From an uncultured Thermoleophilia bacterium (GTDB lineage Bacteria; Actinomycetota; Thermoleophilia; Gaiellales; Gaiellaceae): 64,000 nucleotides of DNA. Below are positions 10,263 to 20,081 of the stretch, piece by piece; the stretch's first letter is position 1, and each line of letters starts with the position of its first letter. Under the pieces are notes generated by a model, which searched no databases, was not told the DNA's origin, and saw nothing but the letters and a program-made list of their open reading frames with translations. The stretch spans positions 19,628 to 83,627 of the forward strand of contig CAWCYU010000021.1 of assembly GCA_963799905.1 (NCBI GenBank), in the 5' to 3' direction. The translations under genes and the position numbers were made by a program.

Positions 10263-11609
10263 TCAGCCCTGGATCAAGGCGACGAGCTCGTCACGACGAG
10301 CGATCATCTCCCGCTCCGACAGCGCCTCCAGGTTCAGGCGGAGCAGAGGCTCGGTATTGGACGGGCGCACGTTGAAATGCCACGTGTCGAAATCGACGGA
10401 GATCCCGTCGAGGTGCGAGATCCGGCCTCCTGCGGAGGCGTAGCGCTCCTTGATCTCCTGCAGCTTCAGCGGCACGTCCGCCACGGGCGTGTTGATCTCG
10501 CCGGTGATGAAGTACTGGTCACGGAAGGGTCGCAGGATCTCCGAGAGATCGCCGCCACGCGTCGAGATCAACTCGAGCATGAGCAGGAAGGGGACGACGC
10601 CGGTGTCCGCCTGGGTGAAGTCGCGGAAGTAGTAGTGCGCCGACACCTCGCCCGCGAAGATCGCGTTCTCCTTGCGCATGCGGTGCTTGATGAACGCATG
10701 GCCGACCCGGCTGACGAGGGCCGTGCCGCCCGCTGCTGCGATCGTACGGGGAACGGCCCAGCTCGCGCGCACGTCGTAGAGCACCGTGCCTCCGGGGCTC
10801 TTGCGAAGCATCACCTCTGCGAGGAGCGCCGTGATGAAGTCGCCGGGCACGAACTCCCCGGTGTCGTCGACGAAGAAGCAGCGGTCCGCGTCGCCGTCGT
10901 ACGCGACGCCGAGGGCGGCCCCCTCCGACGTCGTCTTCGCGACGATGAACGCGCGGTTCTCCTCGAGCAACGGATTCGGCTCGTGATTCGGGAAAGTGCC
11001 GTCGGGTTCGAAGTAGCACCGGACGACTTCGACCTGTGGCAGGCGTTCGAGCACCGGTGGCAGCATCGCCCCCGCCATTCCGTTCGCCGCGTCGATGACG
11101 ATCTTCATCGGCGCGATCGCGTCGACGTCGACGAACGAGAGAACCTTCTCGACGAAGCCCGGATAGACGTCCTGCGCGCGGATCTCGCCGCGCCGCTTCA
11201 CCGGGCCGAAGCCTGCCTGTGCCCCGGCTCGGACATCGTCGAGGCCGGAGTCGCCCCCCACGGGGAGCGCGCCCCGGCGGACGATCTTCATGCCCGTGTA
11301 CTCCTTCGGATTGTGGGAGGCGGTGACGCAGATGCCTCCGTCGAGCCCGAGCTCGCCGACCGCGTAGTAGACCATCTCGGTCCCGACCATGCCGAGATCG
11401 AGGACGTCTGCGCCGCCGTCGGCTGCCCCGTCCATCACCGCGGCCGCCATCGTGGGCGCCGCGGTGCGCATGTCGCGCCCGATCGCAACCGTCCGTGGCT
11501 CGAAATGCTCGACGTACGCGCGCCCGATCGCGTAGGCACCTTCCTCATCGAGCTCCGAGCCGTACAGGCCGCGGACGTCGTACGCCTTGAAGACCTTCGG
11601 GTCGAGCAC
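10263..11609 (-). CDS. Phosphomannomutase/phosphoglucomutase
   Basis: FKAYDVRG, TASHNP, DGDADR, GEVSAH and RPSNTEP. Confidence 0.95.
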   Translation of the reverse strand: MLDPKVFKAYDVRGLYGSELDEEGAYAIGRAYVEHFEPRTVAIGRDMRTAAPTMAAAVMDGAADGGADVLDLGMVGTEMVYYAVGELGLDGGICVTASHNPKEYTGMKIVRRGALPVGGDSGLDDVRAGAQAGFGPVKRRGEIRAQDVYPGFVEKVLSFVDVDAIAPMKIVIDAANGMAGAMLPPVLERLPQVEVVRCYFEPDGTFPNHEPNPLLEENRAFIVAKTTSEGAALGVAYDGDADRCFFVDDTGEFVPGDFITALLAEVMLRKSPGGTVLYDVRASWAVPRTIAAAGGTALVSRVGHAFIKHRMRKENAIFAGEVSAHYYFRDFTQADTGVVPFLLMLELISTRGGDLSEILRPFRDQYFITGEINTPVADVPLKLQEIKERYASAGGRISHLDGISVDFDTWHFNVRPSNTEPLLRLNLEALSEREMIARRDELVALIQG

Positions 11610-11674
11610 GTCCCGATGCTACAGGGCTGCCGCAGGCCCAATGCTGCAGGTGCTCGTGCCCGTATCCTTCGGGG

Positions 11675-14617
11675 ATGGAGCGGAAGCTGGCAACGGTGCT
11701 TTTCGTCGATCTCGTCGGGTCGACGCAGCTCGTCGCGAGCGCGGACCCCGAGGTCGTCCGCTCCCGCCTGAACGGGTTTTTCGACCAGGTCGAGCATTGC
11801 ATCACGGCGCACGGCGGGATCGTCGAGAAATACGCGGGCGACGCCGTGATGGCCGCATTCGGGCTGCCTCTTGCACACGAGGACGATCCGGAGCGCGCCG
11901 TGCGGGCAGCGCTGGCGATCGTCGATGCAGTCGTCGACCTCGGTCTCGAGGTGCGGATCGGGATCGAGACCGGCGAGATCCTCGCGGACGAGAACGACAC
12001 CACTTTCGCGACGGGGCTCGCGATCAACGCGGCCGCACGGCTCCAGCAGGCGGCGGCCCCGGGGGAGGTCATCCTCGGCCCCGATGCCGAGCGGCTGACG
12101 CGCGGCACCGTCGTGGCGACGCCGCTCGGGGCGCAAGCAGCACGCGGCTTCCCGGCGGGGGTCGAGGCGTTCCGCGTCGTCTCGGTTTCCGAGGAGAGCG
12201 GCCGCCGGCTCGTCCTGTCGGTCCCGTTCGTGGGGCGCGAGGAAGAGCTCGAGCTGCTCCACAACACGTTCGCCCGCGCTGTGCGTGACAAGCGTGCGCA
12301 TCTCGTCACCGTGTACGGCGGCGCCGGCGTCGGCAAGTCGCGACTCGCGCGAGAGTTCATGGCCGGCGTCGAGCGGTCGACCATCCTCGCCGGACGCTGC
12401 CTGCCCTACGGGGAAGGCGTCACGTACTGGGCCGTGGCCGAGATGGTCAAGGTCGCTGCGGGCATCACGGACGACGACTCCGTCGACGCCGCCGCGGAGA
12501 AGTTGCGGAAGTGCTGCGGCGACGAGGCGGTCGCCGACCTGCTCGCTCTCGCATCGGGTGTACTCGATGCGGTCGGGGGAGAGCGCTCGGCCTCGGAGAT
12601 CGCGTGGGCTGCTCAGACCTGGGCGAAGGAGCTCGCCGATCTGCAGCCGCTCGTGCTCGTGTTCGAAGACATCCACTGGGCCGAGGAGCCGATGCTCGAC
12701 CTGATCGAGCACCTGGCAGTGGGCGTCAAGGATGTCCCGTTGTTGATCCTTTGCCTCGCCCGTGCCGACCTCCTCGACGAGCGCTCGACGTGGGGTGGGG
12801 GCAACGTGCGGGCGACGTCGGTCGAGTTGGAGTCGCTGCCGCGCGAGGACAGCGCACGGCTGGTCGACCTGCTCGTGGACGGCGACCGCGCCGGCCTGTC
12901 CGACGACCAGCGCGACGCGGTGCTCGCGCGGACCGAGGGCAACCCCCTCTTCATCGAAGAGACGGTGAGGATGCTGCTCGAGGCCGACGGCGAGCCGACG
13001 GGCATCCCGCATACCGTCCAGGCGATGATCTCGGCCCGGATCGACCGGCTGCCCGTCTCGGAGCGGACGGTGCTGCGCCGGGCGGCCGTCGCGGGACGCA
13101 TGTTCTGGTCGGGCGCGGTCGAGACGCTGGGTGACACACAGGTCGAGGACGGCGGGCTGGACGAGCTCGTTGCCCGGGACTTCCTCGTGCGCGAGCCTCG
13201 CTCCACGATCCGCGGCGAGGAGGCCTACCGCTTCAAGCACGTCCTGATCCGCGACGTCGCGTACGCAGGGCTTTCGAAATCGTCCCGTGCACTGCTCCAT
13301 CACCAGATGGCGCAGTGGCTCGCGGGCCGTCCGGTCGCGGACGAGCTCGTCGAGATCAGGGCCTACCACCTCGACGAGTCCGCCCAGCTCTCGGCCGAGC
13401 TCGAAGGGCGCGTGCCGGCCGATCTCGGTGCCGAGGCGGCTGCGGCACTCGAGCAGGCAGGTCGCCGTGCGCTCGCGCGCGAGGCGAACACCGTCGCCCG
13501 GCGCCTGCTCGTCCGCTCAGCCGAGCTCGAGCCGACGCTCGAGCGGCGGTATCTCGCCGCACGAGCGGCCTGGCGGATGACGGACATCCCAACTGTCTCG
13601 TGCGAAATGCTCGACATCAGCGAGGCGGCGCACGAGTCGGGGGACGCGCGAATCGAGAGCCGGGCCCTCACGGCGCTCGCGCGGGTGGCGCTGTTCCGCG
13701 ACACGGACAACGACCGGGCGCGCGAGCTCGTCGGACGGGCGCTGGACGTCGTGGAGACGACCGACGACGTCGGAAGGTTCGACGCGCTCGAGGTCCTCGG
13801 CACCGTCTGGTACTGGGAAGGCGAATTGGACGAGGTCGAGCGCCTGGCGACCGAGCGCCTTGCGATCGCGGAGCGAATCGGGCGCCCGGACCTGCAGAGC
13901 GGCGTGTTGCTCGAGCTCAACGACCTCTACAGTGCCCGCCTCGAGACCGAGCGCGCCTGCGAGCCGTTGGCGCGCGCGATCGAGCTCGCAGGCGACAGCG
14001 GCAGCCCCACGACGCGTGCCTGGATCCTTCGTGCACGGGGGCGGCAGGCGACGCTCGAGGGGCGATTCGCCGACGCCGAGGCCTCGCTCGAGGAAGCACG
14101 GGCCCTCTTCGCCGAGAGCGGTGCCGCAATGACGCTCGGCCGGACCCTCAACTGGCTCGGCGTCGTGGCGCTGAAGCGGAACGATCCCGCACGCGCAGAG
14201 GTGATCCTGCGCGAGGCGATCCGGATCCTGAAGCCGCTCGAGGACAGGGGAACACTCGTCGAGAGCCAGCGCCTGCTGGCCCAGACGCTGCTCGAAGAGG
14301 GACGGCTCGACGAAGCGGAGCGGCTCGCTCTCGAGGCGCGGGAGACCGTCGGTGCCACGGATGTCTTTTCGAGCTCCACGACGCGATTGGCGCTCGGCCT
14401 GGTGCGGGCTGCTCAGGGACGAGATGACGAGGCGGAGCGCCTCCTGCGCGAGGCCGACGATGTCCTGCGACCCACCGGCTTCCGGCGGCACCGGATCGAA
14501 CCGCTCGAAGCGCTCTCGGCATTCTTGCGCGTCCGGGACCGCGACGACGAAGCGGCGGTGGTGGAAGAGACGTTGGTGGCGCTCGTCGGCGAGCCCGCGG
14601 CATCGCAGAGCACCTGA
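11675..14617 (+). CDS. Class III adenylate/guanylate cyclase fused to AAA(STAND)-ATPase and TPR repeats
   Basis: LFVDLVGST, KYAGDA and INAAARL. Walker A GGAGVGKS, FEDIHWAE, EGNPLFIEE, YRFKHVLIRDVAY and a helical repeat tail follow. Confidence 0.92.
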   Translation: MERKLATVLFVDLVGSTQLVASADPEVVRSRLNGFFDQVEHCITAHGGIVEKYAGDAVMAAFGLPLAHEDDPERAVRAALAIVDAVVDLGLEVRIGIETGEILADENDTTFATGLAINAAARLQQAAAPGEVILGPDAERLTRGTVVATPLGAQAARGFPAGVEAFRVVSVSEESGRRLVLSVPFVGREEELELLHNTFARAVRDKRAHLVTVYGGAGVGKSRLAREFMAGVERSTILAGRCLPYGEGVTYWAVAEMVKVAAGITDDDSVDAAAEKLRKCCGDEAVADLLALASGVLDAVGGERSASEIAWAAQTWAKELADLQPLVLVFEDIHWAEEPMLDLIEHLAVGVKDVPLLILCLARADLLDERSTWGGGNVRATSVELESLPREDSARLVDLLVDGDRAGLSDDQRDAVLARTEGNPLFIEETVRMLLEADGEPTGIPHTVQAMISARIDRLPVSERTVLRRAAVAGRMFWSGAVETLGDTQVEDGGLDELVARDFLVREPRSTIRGEEAYRFKHVLIRDVAYAGLSKSSRALLHHQMAQWLAGRPVADELVEIRAYHLDESAQLSAELEGRVPADLGAEAAAALEQAGRRALAREANTVARRLLVRSAELEPTLERRYLAARAAWRMTDIPTVSCEMLDISEAAHESGDARIESRALTALARVALFRDTDNDRARELVGRALDVVETTDDVGRFDALEVLGTVWYWEGELDEVERLATERLAIAERIGRPDLQSGVLLELNDLYSARLETERACEPLARAIELAGDSGSPTTRAWILRARGRQATLEGRFADAEASLEEARALFAESGAAMTLGRTLNWLGVVALKRNDPARAEVILREAIRILKPLEDRGTLVESQRLLAQTLLEEGRLDEAERLALEARETVGATDVFSSSTTRLALGLVRAAQGRDDEAERLLREADDVLRPTGFRRHRIEPLEALSAFLRVRDRDDEAAVVEETLVALVGEPAASQST

Positions 14618-14680
14618 GCGGGAACCAAACCCGTGCCGCCGTGCAGTCGGAGTGTGACTGCGAACTGGAGGCTGCGTCCG

Positions 14681-14967
14681 ATGCGATTCCTCGCGCCCGT
14701 CCTCGTACCGCTGACAATCCTGGTCTCCCTCGCGTTTCCGGCCTGGACCTGACGAGAGGCGAGGCGGTCGCTCGGGGAGAGTCACTCGGAGCCCCGGCCG
14801 GCAGCGGCTGGACGACGCGGGTGTTGCAGGTGGCCGCCGCCGCGGCCGTGTTGTGCCTCGCGCTCCTCCTCGGCATCGTCCTCGTCCGGCGCCGTCCGCC
14901 ACGAAGCGCGGCGGCGCAGGGAATCGACGCTGCTCGACCCGGAGGAAGCGGCGCCGTCAGCCGGTGA
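14681..14967 (+). CDS. Putative small membrane protein (possible 1-nt frameshift near 14745)
   Basis: A GGAGG RBS precedes MRFLAPVLVPLTILVSLAFPA. The second TM, VAAAAAVLCLALLLGIVLVRRR, is in an adjacent frame. Confidence 0.4.
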
Positions 14968-15772
14968 GCACAGCCTTGATCGCCTGGCTCGATGCCTCGT
15001 CGGGCGACTCGGAGATCACGGTCGCAGGACGGTCGAACCGCTCGAGTGCCTCGCGAAGCGGGTCGGCTCGGAGCGTGCCCTCGCCGTACGGCAGATGGTG
15101 CTTCTCGTTGCGATTCGCATAGGCGATGTCGGAGAAGTGGATGTGGAACGGGGCGTCGGGGGTGAGAACCTCGTCGACCGCTTCGAGCGCAGCGGCGAAC
15201 AGGCCGGCCTCGAGGTATGCGCCGTCGCTCGTGGCGTGCATGTGAGCGAAATCGAGCACCGGCCGCACCCAGCCCGTCTGTTGCGCGATCTCGACGACAT
15301 CGTCCACCGAGCCGAGGTCGCGTACGCGACCCATCACCTCGACGCCGAAGGGAACGGCACGGCCCTTGCCCTCCAGTCGCTCGCGGAGCGTGCCGAGTTG
15401 CTCCACGACCGAGGCGATCGCGTCCTCGCGCGTGCGGCCGAGGAGAAAGCCTGGATGGAAGACGACGACTTCTGCGCCGCACGCGGCAGCGATCCCCGCG
15501 CTGCGGTCGAGCGCGCCGACGGCGGACGAGAACTTTCGTCCGGCGGCCTCGACGTGGCCCATGAACCCGAAGAGCGGAGCGTGCACCGACAGCGCCACGT
15601 CGGCGGAGCGGGCGGCCGCGCCGAGTCGCTCGGCCCAGGGATAGTCCATCCAGAACCCGCCCTCGAAGTCGATCTCGCACGCGTCGTAGCCGCGCTCGAG
15701 CAGAATCGCGACCGCCCGCTGCGGGTCGTCGCGCGCCGGAATCCCCGGCAGGCCGACACGAATACGCCCCAT
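14957..15772 (-). CDS. nfo: Endonuclease IV-like TIM-barrel AP endonuclease
   Basis: Zn-ligand pattern SVHAP, VFHPG, VEVMG, LDFAH, HIHFS, KHH, ISESP. ATG 15772 is preceded by a TAGAGT -10. Confidence 0.8.
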   Translation of the reverse strand: MGRIRVGLPGIPARDDPQRAVAILLERGYDACEIDFEGGFWMDYPWAERLGAAARSADVALSVHAPLFGFMGHVEAAGRKFSSAVGALDRSAGIAAACGAEVVVFHPGFLLGRTREDAIASVVEQLGTLRERLEGKGRAVPFGVEVMGRVRDLGSVDDVVEIAQQTGWVRPVLDFAHMHATSDGAYLEAGLFAAALEAVDEVLTPDAPFHIHFSDIAYANRNEKHHLPYGEGTLRADPLREALERFDRPATVISESPDEASSQAIKAVLTG

Positions 15773-15789
15773 TTGCGGGAACTCTATGT

Positions 15790-15811
15790 CGTCCGACCCC
15801 CTCCGTACGCT
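15790..15811 (+). promoter_or_regulatory. Putative PafBC-type promoter of the 78-aa gene
   Basis: CGTCCG-N10-TACGCT, 6 nt before ATG 15818. Confidence 0.6.
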
Positions 15812-15817
15812 TTGGTC

Positions 15818-16054
15818 ATGGATCAGCCGACCCGGATCGACCTGCTCGAGCTCGATATCGACCTCCGTCTCGCCGATCTCTGGCGCGAGGCAGCAGACGT
15901 CACCGAATGGAATCTCGAGGTCGTGTCGGCGTTCATGCGGGCTGCCTACGGGAAGGGCTACTGCGACGCCTTCACGGAGGACTCGCCGGGCTCGCTCTGC
16001 CATGATCACGGGTACGAGATTCCCGGGCGGCCGCAGTCCGTCCGTGCCGCCTGA
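15818..16054 (+). CDS. Hypothetical protein (78 aa)
   Basis: MDQPTRIDLLELDIDLRLADLW...FMRAAYGKGYCDA...LCHDHGY. The leaderless promoter motif directly upstream supports this start. Confidence 0.75.
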   Translation: MDQPTRIDLLELDIDLRLADLWREAADVTEWNLEVVSAFMRAAYGKGYCDAFTEDSPGSLCHDHGYEIPGRPQSVRAA

Positions 16055-16102
16055 CGCGATTCTCTGCTCCCTGGAGTGCCGACCGCGGGGTATCCTCCAG
16101 AG

Positions 16103-16507
16103 GTGGCCAGGAAGCGTTCTCCGGCGCGTCTCGTCATTGCCCTATCGATCGCGGCGGTGCTCGCAGTCTTCCTTCTCTATACCTCGATCGCGGGTGGTGG
16201 CACGCCGTCGGTGAAGCCGAGCGAGCTCGATGCGCACAAGGGCGCTGTCTCGCTCGTCGGGCAGGTCGTCGGCAAGCCGACGGGCGATGCGCACGCAGGC
16301 GGGCTTCGGTTCGTTCTCCGTGACGTCAAGGATCCGTCGAGTGTGACCGTTGCTGTCCTGTACACGGGTAGCGTGCCCGACCTGTTCGCGTCCGGGCGCG
16401 ACATCGTCGTCGACGGCACGCTGCAGAACGGCACCTTCGTGGCCACTCCCGGTTCGATGATCACGAAGTGCCCCTCCAAGTACACGGCCACGCCGGCCAC
16501 GCAGTAG
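16103..16507 (+). CDS. ccmE: Cytochrome c maturation heme chaperone CcmE (CxxxY variant)
   Basis: N-terminal TM, YTGSVPDLF and C-terminal KCPSKY. Directly precedes ccmF. Confidence 0.9.
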   Translation: MARKRSPARLVIALSIAAVLAVFLLYTSIAGGGTPSVKPSELDAHKGAVSLVGQVVGKPTGDAHAGGLRFVLRDVKDPSSVTVAVLYTGSVPDLFASGRDIVVDGTLQNGTFVATPGSMITKCPSKYTATPATQ

Positions 16508-18514
16508 ATGGCTGAGCTCGGGCGGGCGGCTCTCGTCGTCACGCTCGGACTGTGCCTCTACGCCGTCGTCGCAGGCGCGTATGCAGCCTCGAGAAGACGC
16601 CGGAGGCTCGCCCAGTCTGCCCGGAACGCGCTCATCGCGGCGTTCGGCTCCACGCTCGTGGCGGCGGGTGTGTTGGCAGCCGGCTTCCTTCGCAACGACT
16701 TCTCGCTCGTGTACGTCGCCGATCACTCGAACCGCTCGCTGTCGGGCCCCTACAAGCTCTCCGCGTTCTGGGGAGGGCAGGAGGGCTCGTTGCTGCTGTG
16801 GCTCCTGATCCTGACCGGCTACGCAGCACTTGCCGTCTGGGTCAATCGCAACCGCACGCGCGATCTGGTCGTCTGGGTGACGCCGGTGCTGGGAGGGATC
16901 GCCGTCGGCTTCGCGTTCCTGCTCGTCGCCGTCGCGAGCCCGTTTGCGCTCCAGGCGGCGCCGCTCGACGGTGCGGGACTCAACCCGAGCCTCCAAAACC
17001 CGTACATGATGGCTCACCCGCCGTTTCTCTACCTCGGCTACGTCGGTCTCGCGGTCCCGTTCGCGTTCGCCATGGGGGCGCTCCTTTCCGGACGAACGGA
17101 CGAGCGCTGGATCGTCGCCACCAGGCGCTGGACGCTGATCGCATGGACGGCCCTCGGCGTCGGACAGCTGCTCGGCGCCCACTGGGCGTACGTCGAGGTC
17201 GGCTGGGGCGGCTACTACGCCTGGGATCCGGTCGAGAACGCCGCGCTGATGCCGTTCCTCGCCGCGACGGCGTTTCTCCACTCGGTGATGATCCAGGAGA
17301 AGCGCGGGATGCTGAAGGTCTGGAATGTCGTCCTCGTGGCGCTCGCGTTCTGCCTCTCCCTCTTCGGGACCTTTCTCACACGCTCAGGCGTCGTCAATTC
17401 GATCCACTCGTTCTCGCAGAGCGACATCGGGCCCTGGTTCCTCGGCTTCATCGTGGTCGCGGTGTCCTTCGCGACGGCGTTGATCGTGTGGCGGCTCCCG
17501 TTGCTCCGCTCGACCACGAGACTCGAGTCGCTCGTCTCGCGCGAGGCGGTGTTCCTTTACAACAATCTGCTCCTCGTCGCGCTCTGCCTGACGATTCTCT
17601 GGGGGGTGGCGTGGCCGATCCTCTCGGAGGCAGTGCGGGGGCAATCGGTCGTCGTCGGCCGTCCCTACTACGACTTCTTCCTGCGCATCTTCGGCCTCCC
17701 GTTGCTTCTGTTGATGGGCGTGGGCCCTCTGATCGCCTGGCGACGCGCCTCGGTCCGCGGCCTCGGCCGCACCTTCCTCTGGCCCGCCGCCGTAGCCGTC
17801 ATAGCGGGCGTTGTGCTCCTCGCGCTCGGTGCAGGATCGTCGATCCCGGGGCTGATCGCATACACGTTCTCGGCGTTCGTCCTGGCGGCGATCGGGCTCG
17901 AGTTCGTGCGCGGAACACGTGCCCGGCGGGCGCTCTCCCACGAGTCGTGGCCCGTTGCATTCGCCTCGCTGATCGGCCGAAACCGTCGCCGCTACGGCGG
18001 GTACGTCGTCCATGTCGCGATCGTGCTGCTCGCGATCGGGATCGCCGGCTCGAGCTCGTACGACTCCGTCGTCGACGGGAAGCTCTCGCCGGGACAGTCG
18101 CTCGCCGTGTCCGGGTACACGGTCACCTACAGAGGGTTGACCGAGCGGGAGACCGCGCACGCAGCGGAGGTCCGCGCTCAGCTGGCGGTGAGCCGCGACG
18201 GCCGCGACCTCGGCAGGCTCGAGGCGGGAAAGAACTCGTACAAGATCGCCGGCCCCGATCCCCAGGTCTCCTCGGAAGTGGGCATCCGCACGGACTACGT
18301 GACCGGTGAGGATCTCTTTGTGATCCCGGAGCAGATCAACGACGACGGCACGGTGTACTTCCGCATCTTCGTCAAGCCACTCGTCAACCTGATCTGGCTC
18401 GCCGGGCTCGTCTTCCTGCTCGGCTCGGTGATCGCGCTCTGGCCCGACGCCCGTGAGCAGCGACGCCTCGCCGTGCGCTATGACGAGGCCGGCAGCACCG
18501 TACGCGGTCGATGA
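16508..18514 (+). CDS. ccmF: Heme lyase CcmF
   Basis: WGGQEGSLLLW, HPPFLYLGY, WGGYYAWDPVENA (WWD domain), TRSG and SIHSF. Confidence 0.97.
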   Translation: MAELGRAALVVTLGLCLYAVVAGAYAASRRRRRLAQSARNALIAAFGSTLVAAGVLAAGFLRNDFSLVYVADHSNRSLSGPYKLSAFWGGQEGSLLLWLLILTGYAALAVWVNRNRTRDLVVWVTPVLGGIAVGFAFLLVAVASPFALQAAPLDGAGLNPSLQNPYMMAHPPFLYLGYVGLAVPFAFAMGALLSGRTDERWIVATRRWTLIAWTALGVGQLLGAHWAYVEVGWGGYYAWDPVENAALMPFLAATAFLHSVMIQEKRGMLKVWNVVLVALAFCLSLFGTFLTRSGVVNSIHSFSQSDIGPWFLGFIVVAVSFATALIVWRLPLLRSTTRLESLVSREAVFLYNNLLLVALCLTILWGVAWPILSEAVRGQSVVVGRPYYDFFLRIFGLPLLLLMGVGPLIAWRRASVRGLGRTFLWPAAVAVIAGVVLLALGAGSSIPGLIAYTFSAFVLAAIGLEFVRGTRARRALSHESWPVAFASLIGRNRRRYGGYVVHVAIVLLAIGIAGSSSYDSVVDGKLSPGQSLAVSGYTVTYRGLTERETAHAAEVRAQLAVSRDGRDLGRLEAGKNSYKIAGPDPQVSSEVGIRTDYVTGEDLFVIPEQINDDGTVYFRIFVKPLVNLIWLAGLVFLLGSVIALWPDAREQRRLAVRYDEAGSTVRGR

Positions 18515-18813
18515 ACATCGCGATCGTGTTGGGCGCGGCGCTCGCCGTCGGCTGCGTCGTGCTGGTCGCGCTCCCGTTCCTGCGCGAGCCGGAGCCCCTC
18601 TCGGACGAGCTGGACGAGCTCACACCGGAGCGGCGGCAGCGCCTCGCCCTCGCCGAGGAGCGCGATCGGGCGTTGGCGGCGCTGAAGGAGCTCGAGGCCG
18701 ATCATCGCGCCGGGCGGGTCAACGACGAGGACTACCGGGCCTCGATCGGGCCGCTGCGGCGTGAAGCGGCTGAGGCGCTGCGCGCGCTCGACGTCGGCGC
18801 GGGGCAGGGGTAG
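18511..18813 (+). CDS. CcmI-like N-terminal membrane protein
   Basis: TM followed by ALKELEADHRAGRVNDEDY, resembling the CcmI/CycH N-terminus. ATGA overlap with ccmF. Confidence 0.65.
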   Translation: MNIAIVLGAALAVGCVVLVALPFLREPEPLSDELDELTPERRQRLALAEERDRALAALKELEADHRAGRVNDEDYRASIGPLRREAAEALRALDVGAGQG

Positions 18814-18840
18814 GCCGGTCGGGGGCGAAGTCGGTCCCAC

Positions 18841-20040
18841 ATGGACCGGCGAACGGTTCTGACCGTCGTGCTCGCAACGACCCTCCTGCTGGCCGGCTCG
18901 GCCGCGGGCGATCCGGGAACCGAGAAGGCGCGACTCGACGCGCGCATCGGCGACCTGCGGGCGCAGGCCGACCAGGCGGTCGGAACGGAAGGGCTGCTGA
19001 CGACGGAGGTGAGCGGCCTGAACTCCCGGGTGCGGGCCGCAGAGGAGGCGGTAGCTACCGAGCAGGCGCGTCTGGCTGCTCTGGAAGCGTCGCTCACCGC
19101 CGAGCGCGTGCGCCTCGCCGGCCTGGAGCAGAAGATCGCCGACGAGACGGCACGCCTCGCCATCCTTCAGCGGCAGTACGCCGCTGCGCTCGCGGTGCTC
19201 GAAAAGCGGCTGCGCATGATGTACGAATCGGACTCACCCGATGTGATCTCCTTCGCGCTCGGGACGACCTCGTTCTCCGACCTGCTCGACAACCTGGAGC
19301 TGCTCAATCGCATCGGGCGCCAGGACGAGCGCATCGCCGGCACGCTCGATCACGCACGGGTCGAGCTCGAACGGACACGCGCGACGACGAAGGAGGCACG
19401 GGATGGAGCCGCTCGGTCGGAGGCGCTGATCGCCTCCCGTACGGAGGAGCAGCGGGCGACGAGGGACAGGGTGGTGGCCACCCACGACGCGCTCGCCGCC
19501 GCCGAGCGTGCGAAGGCGGGCGCGCTCTCGCAGGTGCGGGAGGATCGCGCCTCCTTCATCGCCGAGGCGGAGGGCCTCGCCGCTCGAAGTGCTGCGCTCG
19601 CGGCACGCATCGCCGCGGCCCAGAGTGCGGCGAGCGCTCCGGCGACGGGCGCAGCCGCACCCGCAGCGAGCTCGAGCGGGCAGCTCGGCTGGCCGGTTGC
19701 GGGCCCGGTGACGAGCGGGTACGGATCGCGGTGGGGAAGGATGCACGAGGGGATCGACATCGCCGTCGGCTCAGGCACCCCGGTCCACGCGGCCGCGGCC
19801 GGAACCGTCGTCTACGCCGGCTGGATGGAGGGATACGGGAACCTGATCGTGATCGATCACGGCAACGGCCTGTCGACGGCGTACGCGCACAACTCGAGCC
19901 TGATCGTCGGACAGGGAGCCGTGGTCGGGACGGGCTACGTGATCGCGCTCTCGGGCAGCACGGGCCACTCGACGGGACCGCACGTGCACTTCGAGGTGCG
20001 CGTCAACGGAGCGCCCGTCGACCCGCTCGGCTATCTGTGA
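18841..20040 (+). CDS. Secreted coiled-coil M23 peptidase (EnvC/CwlO-like)
   Basis: Signal peptide, long coiled coil, HEGID, YAH and GHSTGPHVHFE. Confidence 0.92.
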   Translation: MDRRTVLTVVLATTLLLAGSAAGDPGTEKARLDARIGDLRAQADQAVGTEGLLTTEVSGLNSRVRAAEEAVATEQARLAALEASLTAERVRLAGLEQKIADETARLAILQRQYAAALAVLEKRLRMMYESDSPDVISFALGTTSFSDLLDNLELLNRIGRQDERIAGTLDHARVELERTRATTKEARDGAARSEALIASRTEEQRATRDRVVATHDALAAAERAKAGALSQVREDRASFIAEAEGLAARSAALAARIAAAQSAASAPATGAAAPAASSSGQLGWPVAGPVTSGYGSRWGRMHEGIDIAVGSGTPVHAAAAGTVVYAGWMEGYGNLIVIDHGNGLSTAYAHNSSLIVGQGAVVGTGYVIALSGSTGHSTGPHVHFEVRVNGAPVDPLGYL

Positions 20041-20081
20041 GGTGGGCCGATCGCCGGTTGCACGCGCCGCTCCGACCCGCC

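Noticed and set aside
11675-14617. Cyclase-STAND-TPR as an antiviral (Avs/Pycsar-like) system
   Set aside because: The architecture matches the common actinobacterial signalling family, and there is no adjacent effector or defence-island context.
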